Assembly: GCA_030704615.1 (NCBI GenBank) | Contig: CM060732.1 | Coordinates: 39,866,001-39,930,000 of the forward strand | DNA length: 64,000 nt | Source: Takakia lepidozioides | Lineage: Eukaryota; Plantae; Bryophyta | Reading direction: 5' to 3' | Shown here: piece by piece, positions 37,032-47,864 of the stretch | Numbering within the stretch: position 1 is the first letter of the stretch | How the letters are laid out: each line of letters opens with the position of its first letter | The notes under the pieces: generated by a model | Databases searched by the model: none | Seen by the model: only the letters and a program-made list of their open reading frames with translations | What the model was told of the DNA's origin: nothing | Translations under genes and position numbers: made by a program

Positions 37032-38699
37032 GGGATTAATATCCTAAGTTAATCGACTCTATATCTTGGAAACAGGACCGCCCTGTCAAACAGGCTAAGT
37101 CCTGGCAGAAGAGAGTAGAAGAGATCCTCAAGGACCTGGACCTGGATCCGCAAGTCTTGACCCTGCTGGATAAATCTGACTTAGAGGCTGTAGTGTCCTC
37201 AGCCATGTCTGTTGCCATGAGATTGTCTGATGAAAATGAAGTTAGGCAGAAAACTTCCCTGAACTTGTTTCCAGTCTGTGACATGGGGGAGGACATCTTG
37301 GATGACCTCAAGGGTCTACCCACTCTCAGCACTAGACTGAAATTTAAACTCAGGGCAGGAAGCCTACTCTCACCAAAGAGACGCTCTCTTCAAATCTATT
37401 AAGGGAATTGTGCCTGTACCCCTGTTTACCAACTTTGAAAGTCTCGAGGCTGAGCCAAAAGCCCAGGCCCTCCTGAGGCCTAGTTTTTGGGCAAATCACA
37501 CACAGCAGATTGATGCTTGTGTGAAGGGATTTCTAGAGGATATCTGGAAAACCCGGATTAATTCTTTATATGGAGGTAAGTCTTACTACCAACGTCAGCC
37601 CCTGACAGAGGTAGGTTCTGTCCCTTTTGTTCCCGCTCAAACTGGGCGCGGGGTCAATGGCCACAAGGCTACGGGAAACAACGTCTTATGAGTACAATCT
37701 CTTTGGGGATTAATGAAGTTAGGCATAAAACTTCCCTTAACTTGTTTCCAGTCTGTGACATGGGCGAGGCCCTTGAGGATGATCCAAAGGGCATACCTAC
37801 TCTTGGCACTAGGATGAGATTTAAGCTCAGGGCAGGGAGCCTACCTTTGAACAATAAGCAGATGCAGAAAGGAAAAGGAGATTGTAATTGCCCGATGTGG
37901 TGGGCAGCCTGAAGACAATATCCATTCTCTGATGTATTGTCTGGGTTATTCCCACCAGATAGTGACCCTCATCAGGAAAATCAAGAACGTTGTTCCTGCA
38001 CCTCTGTTCACCAACTTGAGGCTATCTTGAGGCTATCTAAAGCCCTGACCCTGTTAGGGTCTAACTGCTGAGCAGCTCACACACAGCAGATGGATGCTTG
38101 TTCGAAGGGCTTTCTAGAGAATATCTGGAAGGCCAAACTAGTCTTTTACAAGGGAAGTCCACTACTGCAGTGCCCCTCACAAAGGTAGCGTTTGTTCCCT
38201 GTTGTTCCCCCCAAACTGGGCGCAGGGGTCTATTGGTCCGAAGGCTACGCAAACTTCGTGTGAAGAGTACATTGTCTTCTTCTGCAGAAACTGGGAGTGG
38301 GGTCCACGGCCACAAGGCTATGGCAACCAACGTTTTATGAGTCGTCTTTCTGGGGATTCTGTAGCTGTTGTAAAGTTTGTTTCTAGTTCTATCTCATTGT
38401 TCTCTTAGCATGTTATTCGTAAGTTGTGTTCAGATGGTTGGCTTGATGGTGGGCATGAACAGGTTGTAGTATCGAGGCCGTATTTCTACAGAGCGGTGCG
38501 GTTATTTCAGAGGGCAAATGCCCCTGATGAAGAGGAAGAGCAACGACAAAGTAGAGATAGGAAGATCGAGAGTCCCGACCAGCCTGGGGCTCTAACAAGG
38601 GGAAACCTAGAGGAACTTAGCTTTGTATTTTCTCGCATTGTGCTGAACACTTTGTATCCCAATGGTGTGAAAAACAAAAACACCTCAGCTTTCTCCTGA
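25788..38699 (+). CDS. Bacterial-type (PcnB-like) poly(A) polymerase, class II nucleotidyltransferase, probably organelle-targeted, multi-exon
   Basis: Exons: [28 protein letters not shown] (~31803-31900, motif A GG..RD...DxD); [12 protein letters not shown] (~32507-32593, the PAP signature that distinguishes these from CCA-adding enzymes); KRDFTING; LMYDPF...[10 protein letters not shown]; [15 protein letters not shown]; [13 protein letters not shown]; last exon ...[16 protein letters not shown]...* at 38699. Start placed at [11 protein letters not shown] (25788), spliced in phase to DVAMSEGN (~26355). The 5' end is less certain. Confidence 0.88.
27651..27835 (-). mobile_element. Short 5'-truncated copy of the LINE
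   Basis: Homologous to ~28398-28585; 13-bp TSD TCAAGGAAAGAGA (27638-27650, 27836-27848) abutting (GA)n. Confidence 0.85.
28260..28397 (-). repeat. Two extra ~69-bp copies of the LINE 3' tail stacked behind the long copy
   Basis: TGTACTCA(C/T)AAGAC...GCCGTAGCCTTGTGGCCATAGACCCCGCACCCAGTTTGGACGGACAGA at 28260-28328 and 28329-28397. Confidence 0.9.
28398..31097 (-). mobile_element. 5'-truncated non-LTR retrotransposon (RT + C-terminal CCHC finger, RTEX-like), frameshifted, in an intron of the PAP gene
   Basis: RT motifs [51 protein letters not shown], and zinc finger [17 protein letters not shown], split over several ORFs. TSD GGACGGACAGA (28387-28397) / GGACAGACAGA (31098-31108) next to a (GA)n run. 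No endonuclease domain retained. The clade assignment is inference. Confidence 0.92.
34156..34264. repeat. ~55-bp near-perfect tandem duplication
   Basis: TGTATTTAAGATGTCTTT(T)GAGGAGGCTCTTGACTCCTTTCTCTGGGTG occurs twice. Confidence 0.85.
35820..36077. repeat. Perfect 129-bp tandem duplication in a PAP intron
   Basis: CTCCTATGCACATG...GTCACAAAGTA at 35820-35948 and 35949-36077. Confidence 0.9.
36289..36443 (+). mobile_element. Two stacked tail remnants at (CT)n, the second with a variant hairpin
   Basis: ACAACGTCTTATGAGTAC between CTCTCTCTCTCTTTCT repeats, then CCCCGCA...TGCGGGGTCAATGGCCGCAAGGCTACGGC...ATGAGTACA. Confidence 0.7.
37041..37697 (+). mobile_element. Young 5'-truncated copy of the same LINE, with an internal deletion of the zinc finger
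   Basis: Near-identical to the reverse complement of ~28400-29158. Perfect 17-bp TSD TCTCTTTGGGGATTAAT (37024-37040, 37698-37714) at the end of a long (CT)n just after a splice donor. Confidence 0.93.
37712..38345 (+). mobile_element. Older diverged copy of the same LINE family at the same target site, with a doubled 3' tail
   Basis: [18 protein letters not shown]...[13 protein letters not shown]...CNCP homology; tail motifs at ~38205-38272 and ~38280-38345; followed by TCTTTCTGGGGATT, resembling the target. Confidence 0.82.
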
Positions 38700-40247
38700 A
38701 TTGTAGATTGACGGGGAAGGATAACGTTCTCCCTTACAAGTCAGGCTTAAACACAAGTGTAACTCCCAATCTATGAGTGAGCAACACAATCTTAAGCAGC
38801 TCATATCTAGCACACTAGTTGTCATTTGGCTGTTTGATGAAGGAATTCTGGGGTATTGTTGGTGGTGTTTATCTGAACAACCCCTTCTTTTTTTCACTCA
38901 TCCAAGTGGAAACATGAATATTCATAATTCCATGGTACCTTGCCTGTACGGGAAGACAGGATTTAAATTCCCTCTTAATTCCTTTACCTGTCTTCACATG
39001 AGCGGTACCAAACCCAACTTGGCTAAATGGAGTGGTTGTCAGTTGAACCAGTTGAAAGCTTGGGCAGGTGCAATCTATAACTCAGTTTATTGCTGATCAA
39101 TGTGGTGACAACAAGGATTTTCTTTAGGCTTTATTGTTGGGGTGGTGGTCCATCAAGCACTGAGGTGAACATGAAATTCAAAGTCTCTAGAGTTTCCCAA
39201 GAAACTTTTCCAGGGCATGGTACAAAAATGTACCATATGACAACAGTCTATGAACAACAAATAATGAACCGCCTGCCAAGTTCTATGGATCTTCTACTTC
39301 AATTTTCTGCAGGCCCGCTCGTAGTTGGTCTCATTCAACAACCTCACCGTCTTGCACAGATCAGTCATAGATGCCCTTATGTAATTCAAGTAACCAACCG
39401 GAAGCTGTGGCTTGGTTGAGTCCAGTAAAGGTATAGGTCTCAGGTCAGCACCCACAGCACCCAAGCCGCCAAGCACCTTGTTCTTTGTCCATGCAAACTT
39501 GTAACAAACCAACAAAAGACCAGTGCTACAAAGGCACAGTATGCAGGGCACTATGGCAACAACCAATTGCTTTTCAACAATTTCCCAGTGGTCTCCTGAA
39601 ACAGTTCAGATGCAATCCCAGAGCAATTTCAATTTCTCCCACTAACAATTCTGCTGCTCTCTCTTCCAAAAATCTGTATGTTACAAGCATACCTGGTGAC
39701 AAACGCATCTTCTAGGATACAATTTTTCTAACTGTCACTCTTACTTCCAACATGCTACAAGATGTCAATGTACAATGCTTACAACATTAAATCAACGGCA
39801 GGCAAACCATTAGCTTTGAAGGACCATGCCCTTAAGAGTATTGCCAATAAAGCCAACAAAGATCTTGTTCAATGCCTCACATTGTGTGCAGCAGCGGCCC
39901 TTGTCACCTGCAAAATTTGAGGGTACCATTGGTTGATTGACCACAATGAGCCTGACCCGTTCCTCGTCTGGACAGAAGTGTGGGCACCCCTGATCATAAC
40001 AAAAAAAGATGGCTACACAGCCAGTGCTTCATGACATACACTGCAAAAGTGCAACTGCTGCTTCAACCTTACACCTTTACCTTGTGTACAGCTTCCATAT
40101 CCCCGCATTCAAGAATGGAAGAGTGAGCTCTGCAAGCAGTTCAGACATTGTTCCACTTGCTTTCCCTGCCCATTTTCACCAACTCCATGCTTCCCCTGCT
40201 GGTCCAGTCTCTTCACCCGAACATATTTCCCAGGTGTTGGCTGGGGA

Positions 40248-42428
40248 CTAGCAGCTCTTCCCCAGGTCCTGTGAGTGAAGGTGGTAGCTGCCTACAATCA
40301 TTGCAGAACTTGTTTCTTGTTCACTAGCATCTTGAGTCTGTGCAGTTGGAGGGGACTCAGTAAACAAGGCAGGTAAGGCAGGTAAGGCTGATTCGGCTCT
40401 TCTGCCGGACAAAGAGTCAGTGGCAGCCAGAGGAGACCCCACTGACAATGGTGACAGGGCTGCCTGGCCTTTTACAACCAATACAAGACTTGTGATCTGT
40501 CCACCATCTTGAATTTGAGCTGTTGGAGAAACAAACAAGGGTGACAAGGCTGCCTGGCCTTTTGCAGGACCTTTAAGCTGGCCACGAGCATGAGGAATGA
40601 GAGAGCTTCCACTCTTTCCACTAGCATATTGATTCTGTGCCATTGGAGGGGAGGAAGAGCAGGGTGACGAGGTCGCCTGGCCTTTCACACACATAGCAGA
40701 ACTTGCATATTGTGGACTAGAATTTTCAATCTGTGCCTGGGAGGCAGCCGAGGGTGGCAAGGCTGCCTGGCCTTCCATTCGTCTCAGATCAAACTTGTAG
40801 ACAAACCTGCCATCTACCCCAGGTTCATACCTCATGTTCACGATTTTGTAGAGCCCAATATAAATGTAGGACTCCCCAGTTGGACTCTTCTTATCCTTCT
40901 CCCCTCTGATAACCCGAATAGGAAAAGTACGCTCAAAACTGTTTTTGAGAGCCTCGTTTCCCCGTTTCAGTTCCTGGTCAGCAATGTGGTGTGCATTGCC
41001 AGATCTGCAAGACAGCCCTCCTTGCCCTGTATAGGTAATAAAATCACCCTTATCTTCATCGTCTTGATATGGATTCGCAGCATCAGTTTTCATAACGATG
41101 CTGGTGGCCAATGCTACCCCACAGGCCAGCTTGTGCTTACTTACGTAGGCAATGCCCGCTTCAGTCTGTTGGTGGAGTCCTACCATCACCATCTCAACTC
41201 TGTACCAAAATTGATCACCCACTTTCACCCCAGGTACATTGCCAATGAACTGGTCAGTATTCACCCGTAGACCTTCTAAAGTCATTTGCTTGCTGGCCCG
41301 TAGGTCTGGTCTCTCCCTGCAAGGTTGACCCTTTAACTTGCATGTAGCCGCTCGAGCCTCTTCTACCTCAATGAAGGTCTGCCGGTACTGCTCGAAGGTA
41401 TAAATTGCTTGTACCACCTTCTGCCTGTCCACACCAGGATTGACAAGCACCCATTGTAAATGTATCTGCCAAACTCAAATCACCACGAGTGACCACTTCT
41501 AAGGGCTGCAACAGCAGGTTTAAGCAAACACTACACGGACATGCATACACCACATGGGCCTACAGACCGGATAAGCTTACCTGTCCACGTCCATTCCTTC
41601 TCCATTTTTCATCATCTTCTCCCAGTCTCGGGCCCCTCTAGGAAGTACCTTCTTACTTGGCGATGGTGAACATGCATTTCCCTTCAAAGCCCCTGCTAGA
41701 AGCTGGGTTATCCTGCTTACTGTCTTCCCCCCAGAGCCATCGCAAGTTTCGTTGCCACTACTTCCCCAAGAGAGTTCGTCCCGATTATAGCCAGGGGAGG
41801 GGGTCGTCAAAGATGTAAGGAAAGAGCCCCCAAAGGGCGGATAAGTTCCTGAACTGGAAAAATCATTCAGTCTCTTCTGAATCTCCTCTTCTTCACCCCA
41901 ACCCATCAACATGTCTGAGGCCCTCAGCAGTGCACCACCCTCCACGCACTGCCTCTTACTTGAAGTGTCTTCCACCTCACGCCAATTGTCACCTGGGGAT
42001 AAATGCTTGGACTGTAGAGGCTGGACAGACAGGGCATATAATTGGCATTCGCTGGGAGCAAGTGTTGCGTTGCGGACAAGAGAGACTGGAGGAGATCCCT
42101 CGCAACACACACAGCTGTCTCCGGAAGTTGTATAAGTTTCTCCTCCTCCCAGGTGCTCCTGTACGTTGCCATCCAACAGTTCTGCAGAGGAAGGCTCACG
42201 ACAGCCAGAGCCGACTCTGAACTCGTCCCCACAGCAATTCTTTGTCGAACTCTCAGGCGTAAATCCTACACCTTTCTTCTTGCAATCATCAAAACAAGCT
42301 GGAGAGGGCTTACTTATAAAATTACGCACCCCTGCTGCACCTGGGACGATCTTTGTGATAACGCACTCGCCATCCTCGTTGGAAATACACATATCCAACT
42401 CTAAGCTCAAATCACCCATTCCAGACAT
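40248..42428 (-). CDS. SRA/YDG-domain protein (SUVH-like helical region + SRA, no pre-SET/SET seen)
   Basis: RQKVVQAIYTFEQYRQ...RPDLRASKQM, then IGNVPGVKVGDQFWYRVEMVMVGLH...AGI...ATSIV...YQDDEDKGDFITYTGQGG...DQELKRGNEALKNS...PIRVIRG...GLY...VYKFDLRRMEGQ in ORF 40248-41450. A low-complexity upstream ORF (41577-42515) probably supplies the N-terminus. The splice model is tentative. Confidence 0.8.
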
Positions 42429-43641
42429 CGGACCTCCCTCCCTAGGACTTAAAACCTTCCAGACTCTTGGATTCCCCTCAAACCCAACAGCTGAAGAGGG
42501 CCAGAAGGGTGACACACTCTGCTACTTACCCAGCAACATGAGCGCTCCCAACCCAAAATCCTGCCCAGAGAGACAGCAAAGGCCGAGAGACAAAAGCCTT
42601 CGTACAACCTGAGACCGACGTTGCAATGGGTCCATAGGGCGGCATGGCAGCAGCTGCGCAGCTTGTGGGATTTGCTGCAATCCTGGCAAAGCACGCGTAC
42701 ACAGTACCCAGTGCGGCGTAGATTGCATATCACATCTCAACAGAACAGACCTCCTTGTTATTTGCAGCAAGTCTTGTTTGTCATTTGATGGATCCTCTCA
42801 CTCTTTGCAAAACTTAGTAACTTCCAATGTGCAATTGCTACCAAATTCAATTGTATGTATAGGTACTACGGTTGGTTGCCGATTGCGACAGTGCACTCCA
42901 TGCAAATGATGGGTTGATTATTAGAAAAGCTTCCCATAGTCAGTCATGATCGCGCGAAACAGCCCAACACCACCATATCATTACACGAAACAACTGAAGC
43001 ACGCAGCTGATTTTAAGCTTAGTCTGCTTCTTGATGTGCACTCGAGACAGTATTGATCACATTAATGGAACACATTCATTTTTGACGGCTCCTTTAGTAG
43101 GCCAATACACAGTTTTCATCATAACAGAGCCGTCGGAATCACACGTGTGGAAGGGCAGTATAACCGAGAGTCATTCTGGGGCCCAGTCAGGCCGCTGAAT
43201 GTAGGGAAGAGGAAGTGGGAGTAAAGTGCAAGTCAAGTGCACTTGCTAAAATTGATAACTGAATGTGGACAAAACTTGGTCTGTTTCTGAGCAAAATTCA
43301 GAGGGTGAGTCACGCATGCCTTGTATGGCATGAGTAGAGAAAATTTTTGTTTTTGCAAAATGAGAAACCTGGGAGCGACAGCCCACAATTCATGCCCTTG
43401 AGGAGGGAGGAAAAATTAACCCCCTTTCATTTATGGGCCATGAGACCTACACAGGACGATCAACACCCCGACATACCGTCACCAACAATCCCACACACAC
43501 CACACACGGGGCAGGGCAGCGGGTTTGAACTCCGAACCAACTGTGCACTTGACTTGAAATTCACCCTCTTATTATTATTATTTTTAAAATCGATACTGTC
43601 CGTTAAAGATCTATACAAAAACATTTACTATAAATATAGAC

Positions 43642-44459
43642 CAGTGTTGTGCGGGTTCTGCCTTTGTAAGGAACCCGCCGGGTATGGGTCCAGGTTTGTC
43701 AACACGGACTCGGGTTAGGGTCGGGGTAGTTGTTGGGAAATATTAGCGGGTTCACGGGTTCGGATCCAGGTCCTAATTTATTGATTAAATAAATTATTAA
43801 AAATAAGATTAATTAGGGATAAAATTATTTTTGACTGGAAAAAACTTTAAATCCTAATAATGAATTTTATTTTAAGAGACATTCCTTCAAAATATGCCAT
43901 GAATATGAATATGTATACCACGAATAAGAATTAAAATAGAAGTTTGAGTTCCATTTTCTATTTTTCAATATTAATTCTTTAAACATGTTAAGAATAGTAA
44001 TATGCCTCAAGGGTAGATCACTAGGGCATGGATGTGTGGAATCTGGCATAATAATAATATATGACGTCTCTTTTGGGAGGTGTAAATTATGGTCCCAAAG
44101 GGCACAACTTTGTGACACCACTCCGTGGATTGAGCCCACAACCGCTTTTGAGGTGGTATGTGGGCATTACCACTGGCCTACCACGTGGTGGGGCTGGCTG
44201 CTGGAGTGGCCTATTGCTGCTCGTCCCCTCCACACATATGACAAAACCTACCGCATGCCCCATCTAAAATTAAGACCCGACCTGCTACATTTGCCCCGTG
44301 GGTAGGGTAGCGGGTTTAACGGGTTCTGGACCCAGCAGGTCAGGGTCCAGGTTATTTCTGATAGCACGGGTCCGGGTGCGGGTCCGGGTGCGGGTCCGGG
44401 TAAACCGGATCCTAACCCGCCGGGTACCCGCCTTCAAAACCGGGACCCGCACAACACTG
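43642..44459. mobile_element. hAT-family MITE of a related subfamily
   Basis: TIR CAGTGTTGTGCGGGT; 8-bp TSD ATATAGAC (43634-43641, 44460-44467); CGGGT/ACCCG subterminal repeats; 818 bp. Confidence 0.9.
44095..44190 (-). mobile_element. tRNA-like SINE head (related copies at ~24285-24395 and ~33580-33815)
   Basis: Minus strand reads TAGGCCAGTGG (A-box-like)...GGTTGTGGGCTCAATCC (B-box-like). The homologous block TTGAACCCACAACCACTTCTAAGGTG / TTCGAATCCACACCACTTGTAAGGTG occurs at the other two sites. Confidence 0.45.
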
Positions 44460-45753
44460 ATATAGACCCCTTATTATGAGAAAATCTCGCGTTATGTACC
44501 AAGCCCAGCATGGTCTTGCCCTCAACCTCACCAAGAGGTATGCAATAGGTTTGTTGTATGGTAACAGAAACTATGGAGAGGGGATATTCACAAAGGTACA
44601 TAAGGGGTCAGGTTTGAAAAGGGGGGGGGTGGGGTGTGAGGATTAGAGAGTGGTCCAGGAATTAAAAAGCAGGTGATATAGTAAGCCACACCACGACTTG
44701 AATTAGTAACCATCATGTAAGGGGGGTAAGAAAATAGAAGGCATGAAGCCGACAACTATTAAATGGGGAGGGTTCGGGTTGCAAATAAGAAGGTATGGCA
44801 TGCCGGTTTCTAGGGCTCACATGTGTCACAGGGCAACCTTCTACCTCGTGAGGATTCGGCGGGCTTTTAGAAGGGTCCCACCATCCTGAGAGGGTATATA
44901 AACGAGAGCCCTTGCCCAGTACTTACTATCACTTACTAGTTAATAAGTGGTGGGCTCTGCAGGCACAGGCCCCCAAAAAAAAGCATAAACACAAACCATA
45001 GGTATATTAATTAATAGGGACCAGCAAGGTGAATAAGCCCCCCCAATCATGGAGCAGTGGAGAGTTCTTTTGGAAGAGCTTTCCATAAATCTCATATATA
45101 CTCTTGGGAGGTGTGGGCCAGGATTTTTCCCCCCTCCTCTTTTATTCGACTTTAAGGATGGATGAACGGTAAGTAGAAAGGGATGTACCTATTTTTGGCT
45201 TAGTCACCTTGTTTTATTATAGCAGCTAGTTTAAAATTAGAGACTATCCTAGATGCTCGCTGCTGAAGCACATGGAATGTAATCTGGACAGCCAGTTAGC
45301 TGTTGCCACCTATCATTCCTAATTAACCATTTGGCACTTCTATTTAAACAAGGCCTTCGCGCCTAAATGGTGGTGGATTTGATTTCAAGAGTGCATGTGC
45401 GAAGTATTGGATGCTTGATTTCATCTAGTCCTCTAGTGGAGATTTTGTCTTCTCGGCAGGCAAGCTTTGCCAAGCAAACATCCTTGTTTATTGTTAAACC
45501 GGTAGAAGAACGGTAGAAGAAAGGGAACAAGGCGTGACATACACGCAGGCCCTGCCATCTACATAGATAAAACATAAATTTACAATTTGTATATGTTACA
45601 TCTATATGATGTAAGATGTTTTAATACTAGTGTCATTTATAATTTATCTGAATTAATAATTAATACCCAAAATTTTGAAATGAAAGATGGAATATTTCCA
45701 ATGTATTATTTTGCATAAAGTTTGAATATGTGAAACCTTTTATTCTTTATAAA

Positions 45754-46467
45754 TGTTGGAGTGACTTTCACCGATATAGCCCAGAAGAATTTATCAAGAG
45801 TAATTATAAAAAGTTACCAAGTTACCAAATTATCAAAAGTTATCAAATTATCAAAAGTTATCATGATTTATTATGATTTACCAAAAATTATCATAAATTA
45901 TCATAAATTATCATAAATTATCATAAATTATTATAAGTTATCAAATTACCAGAAGTAACTACCAAATTACTGAGAGTAACTCAAGAAACTGCTCAGGAAG
46001 CTTCCTAATGGATGAAACTTCTCAAGAGACTTCTCTTGGTCAATGAAGCTTCTCATGAGACTTCCTTCAGTTGAGGAAGCTTCTCAGGAGACTTTCTTTG
46101 GTTGAGGAAGCTTCTCAGGAGATTTCCCTTGGCTGGGGAAACTTCTTATGAAACTTCCTAGTAGCCAGTATATATAGGAAGCGAGACTGAACACCCTTTA
46201 GTCTCGCCAACACAAGTTCATTGAGCTATTTTTGTTTCCAGTCTCGGTACGCCAGTCTAGCTTCCAGTACTTTAGTCCAGTTTCCAGTATTCCAGTATTC
46301 AATTCGAGTTCCAGTATCTTGTACTCTTGTCCATTGTTATAAAGATCATCTTAAATATTAATGTTTATCCATCATGCATTCGGTCACACCGACCTTGACT
46401 TCTTGTCTAGTCTTATATCTCCAGTCTAATCTTTTGTTTGTGTTCAGTCATGTTCTCGTCCCTGACA
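45754..46467 (+). mobile_element. LTR-like remnant with internal minisatellites
   Basis: TG...TGACA ends, TATATATAGG box at ~46168, (AAATTATCAT)-like array ~45810-45960, ~31-bp array 45986-46165. No TSD found. Confidence 0.45.
45986..46165. repeat. ~31-bp tandem array, about 6 degenerate units
   Basis: Units such as GAAGCTTCTCAGGAGACTTTCTTTGGTTGAG lie head-to-tail without spacers. Confidence 0.8.
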
Positions 46468-47864
46468 GTGACAATTGACTAGTGGTTGATCAATTTTCTG
46501 ATTGTGTCAAACATTTGCAAATTATTTCTTGTACGTGTAGATTAGCTGTTTTATCATGCTGTGGGGACAAACATGAATCATTAGTAAAACTACAATTCAT
46601 TAACAAATAAATCGTATATAAGAAAAAATCCATAAATTTGCGTTGTGTTCTCGCTCGGCAAGGTACCATTTAGTGTCCACATCAAAAGAAAGAAAACATA
46701 AAGACCTCCATCAAAATAAAAAATGGCTTTTTAAGTCGACAATTAAAAATATAATCCCACCTTTTTATGAAAAAAGAAAAAAAAAAGAAAAAAAAAAGGC
46801 CGAACTGAAAATAACTAGGGAAAAATTATGTTTGCATAATACGACATGTCTAGAAACTTAACATTAAAAACAGGACACAATTACTTTTTATACATGACAC
46901 ATGCTTATATTGACAAAGATAGGATTCAACCCACCTAAAAGAGACCAATTAGATTAAACGTAGTGGAAATGCTCATGTAACCATTAGTGGACCATCAATC
47001 AATAGCACATTTTCACTCAATTTTGTGTTGGGTAAGTAGTGGCTAGCAAGCTTAGTAAGCCTTTATATCCAAATGACACTTCAACCTAAAAACACAATCA
47101 TAAAAAAGATACATAATGAAGTTGAAAAGTAATAAAATAGCACATATTCGCCTCAATACTTCAATCAACGCAACACTCATTTGTAGCACTTATACATATC
47201 ACTCATACATAACACTGATAATGGCACTTAGACCAATGTTCATTATGTGGGATTACAAAAGGTGGGATTACATTTTTAATTGTCGACTTGAAGAGCCATT
47301 TTTTTATTTTGATGGAGGTCCTTATGTTTTCTTTCTTTTGATGACGTTAAAACCATATTGTCGTTAAAATAAGTTACATGTTGGAATTGAAACCTTTATA
47401 TAATTCAAACATGTAGAGCGACACAACATCGAATTCAACACTTCAAAACAAAACTCAGTTCCAGAATTTATTCACAACACTTACTTATTAATACTGATAG
47501 TAAGGTCAAAACGTCAAAACGTTAGAGAAGAGAAGAGAAATTATCTATAATACAAATTGATATCATTAGGAAATTAATAAGATCTACATACTAAAATTGA
47601 TACTTTGATTTTTATTTTTTATTTTTAATGAAACCCCTGAACAAGGAAAAAACAAAAGTGTTAAAAAAACAAAAACTTTCTTTTTTTCTCTGCTAGTGGG
47701 AACTTATACAACTTGGCAGCAAGCTTCATTACATCCCTGCAATAAGAAAATAAGATCGTTAAAAACATAATCAATAAACAATGCATGAACCCTCTGCACT
47801 TAAATGAAAGACCTGTGTATTACCAAACACAAACTAACTCTTTTGGCAACGGTCATAAGAAGAT

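Noticed and set aside
37640-37697. Hammerhead ribozyme in the LINE tail (CTTATGAG resembles CUGAUGA)
   Set aside because: No stem II followed by GAAA and no three-way junction; the motif sits at the element's end and contains the ORF stop.
39294-40250. SET or other domain exons downstream of the SRA ORF
   Set aside because: The frames are short and interrupted, with no pre-SET Cys clusters or SET motifs (GWG, RFINHSC, ELxYDY).
45986-46165. CRISPR-like appearance of the ~31-bp array
   Set aside because: Degenerate head-to-tail minisatellite without spacers.
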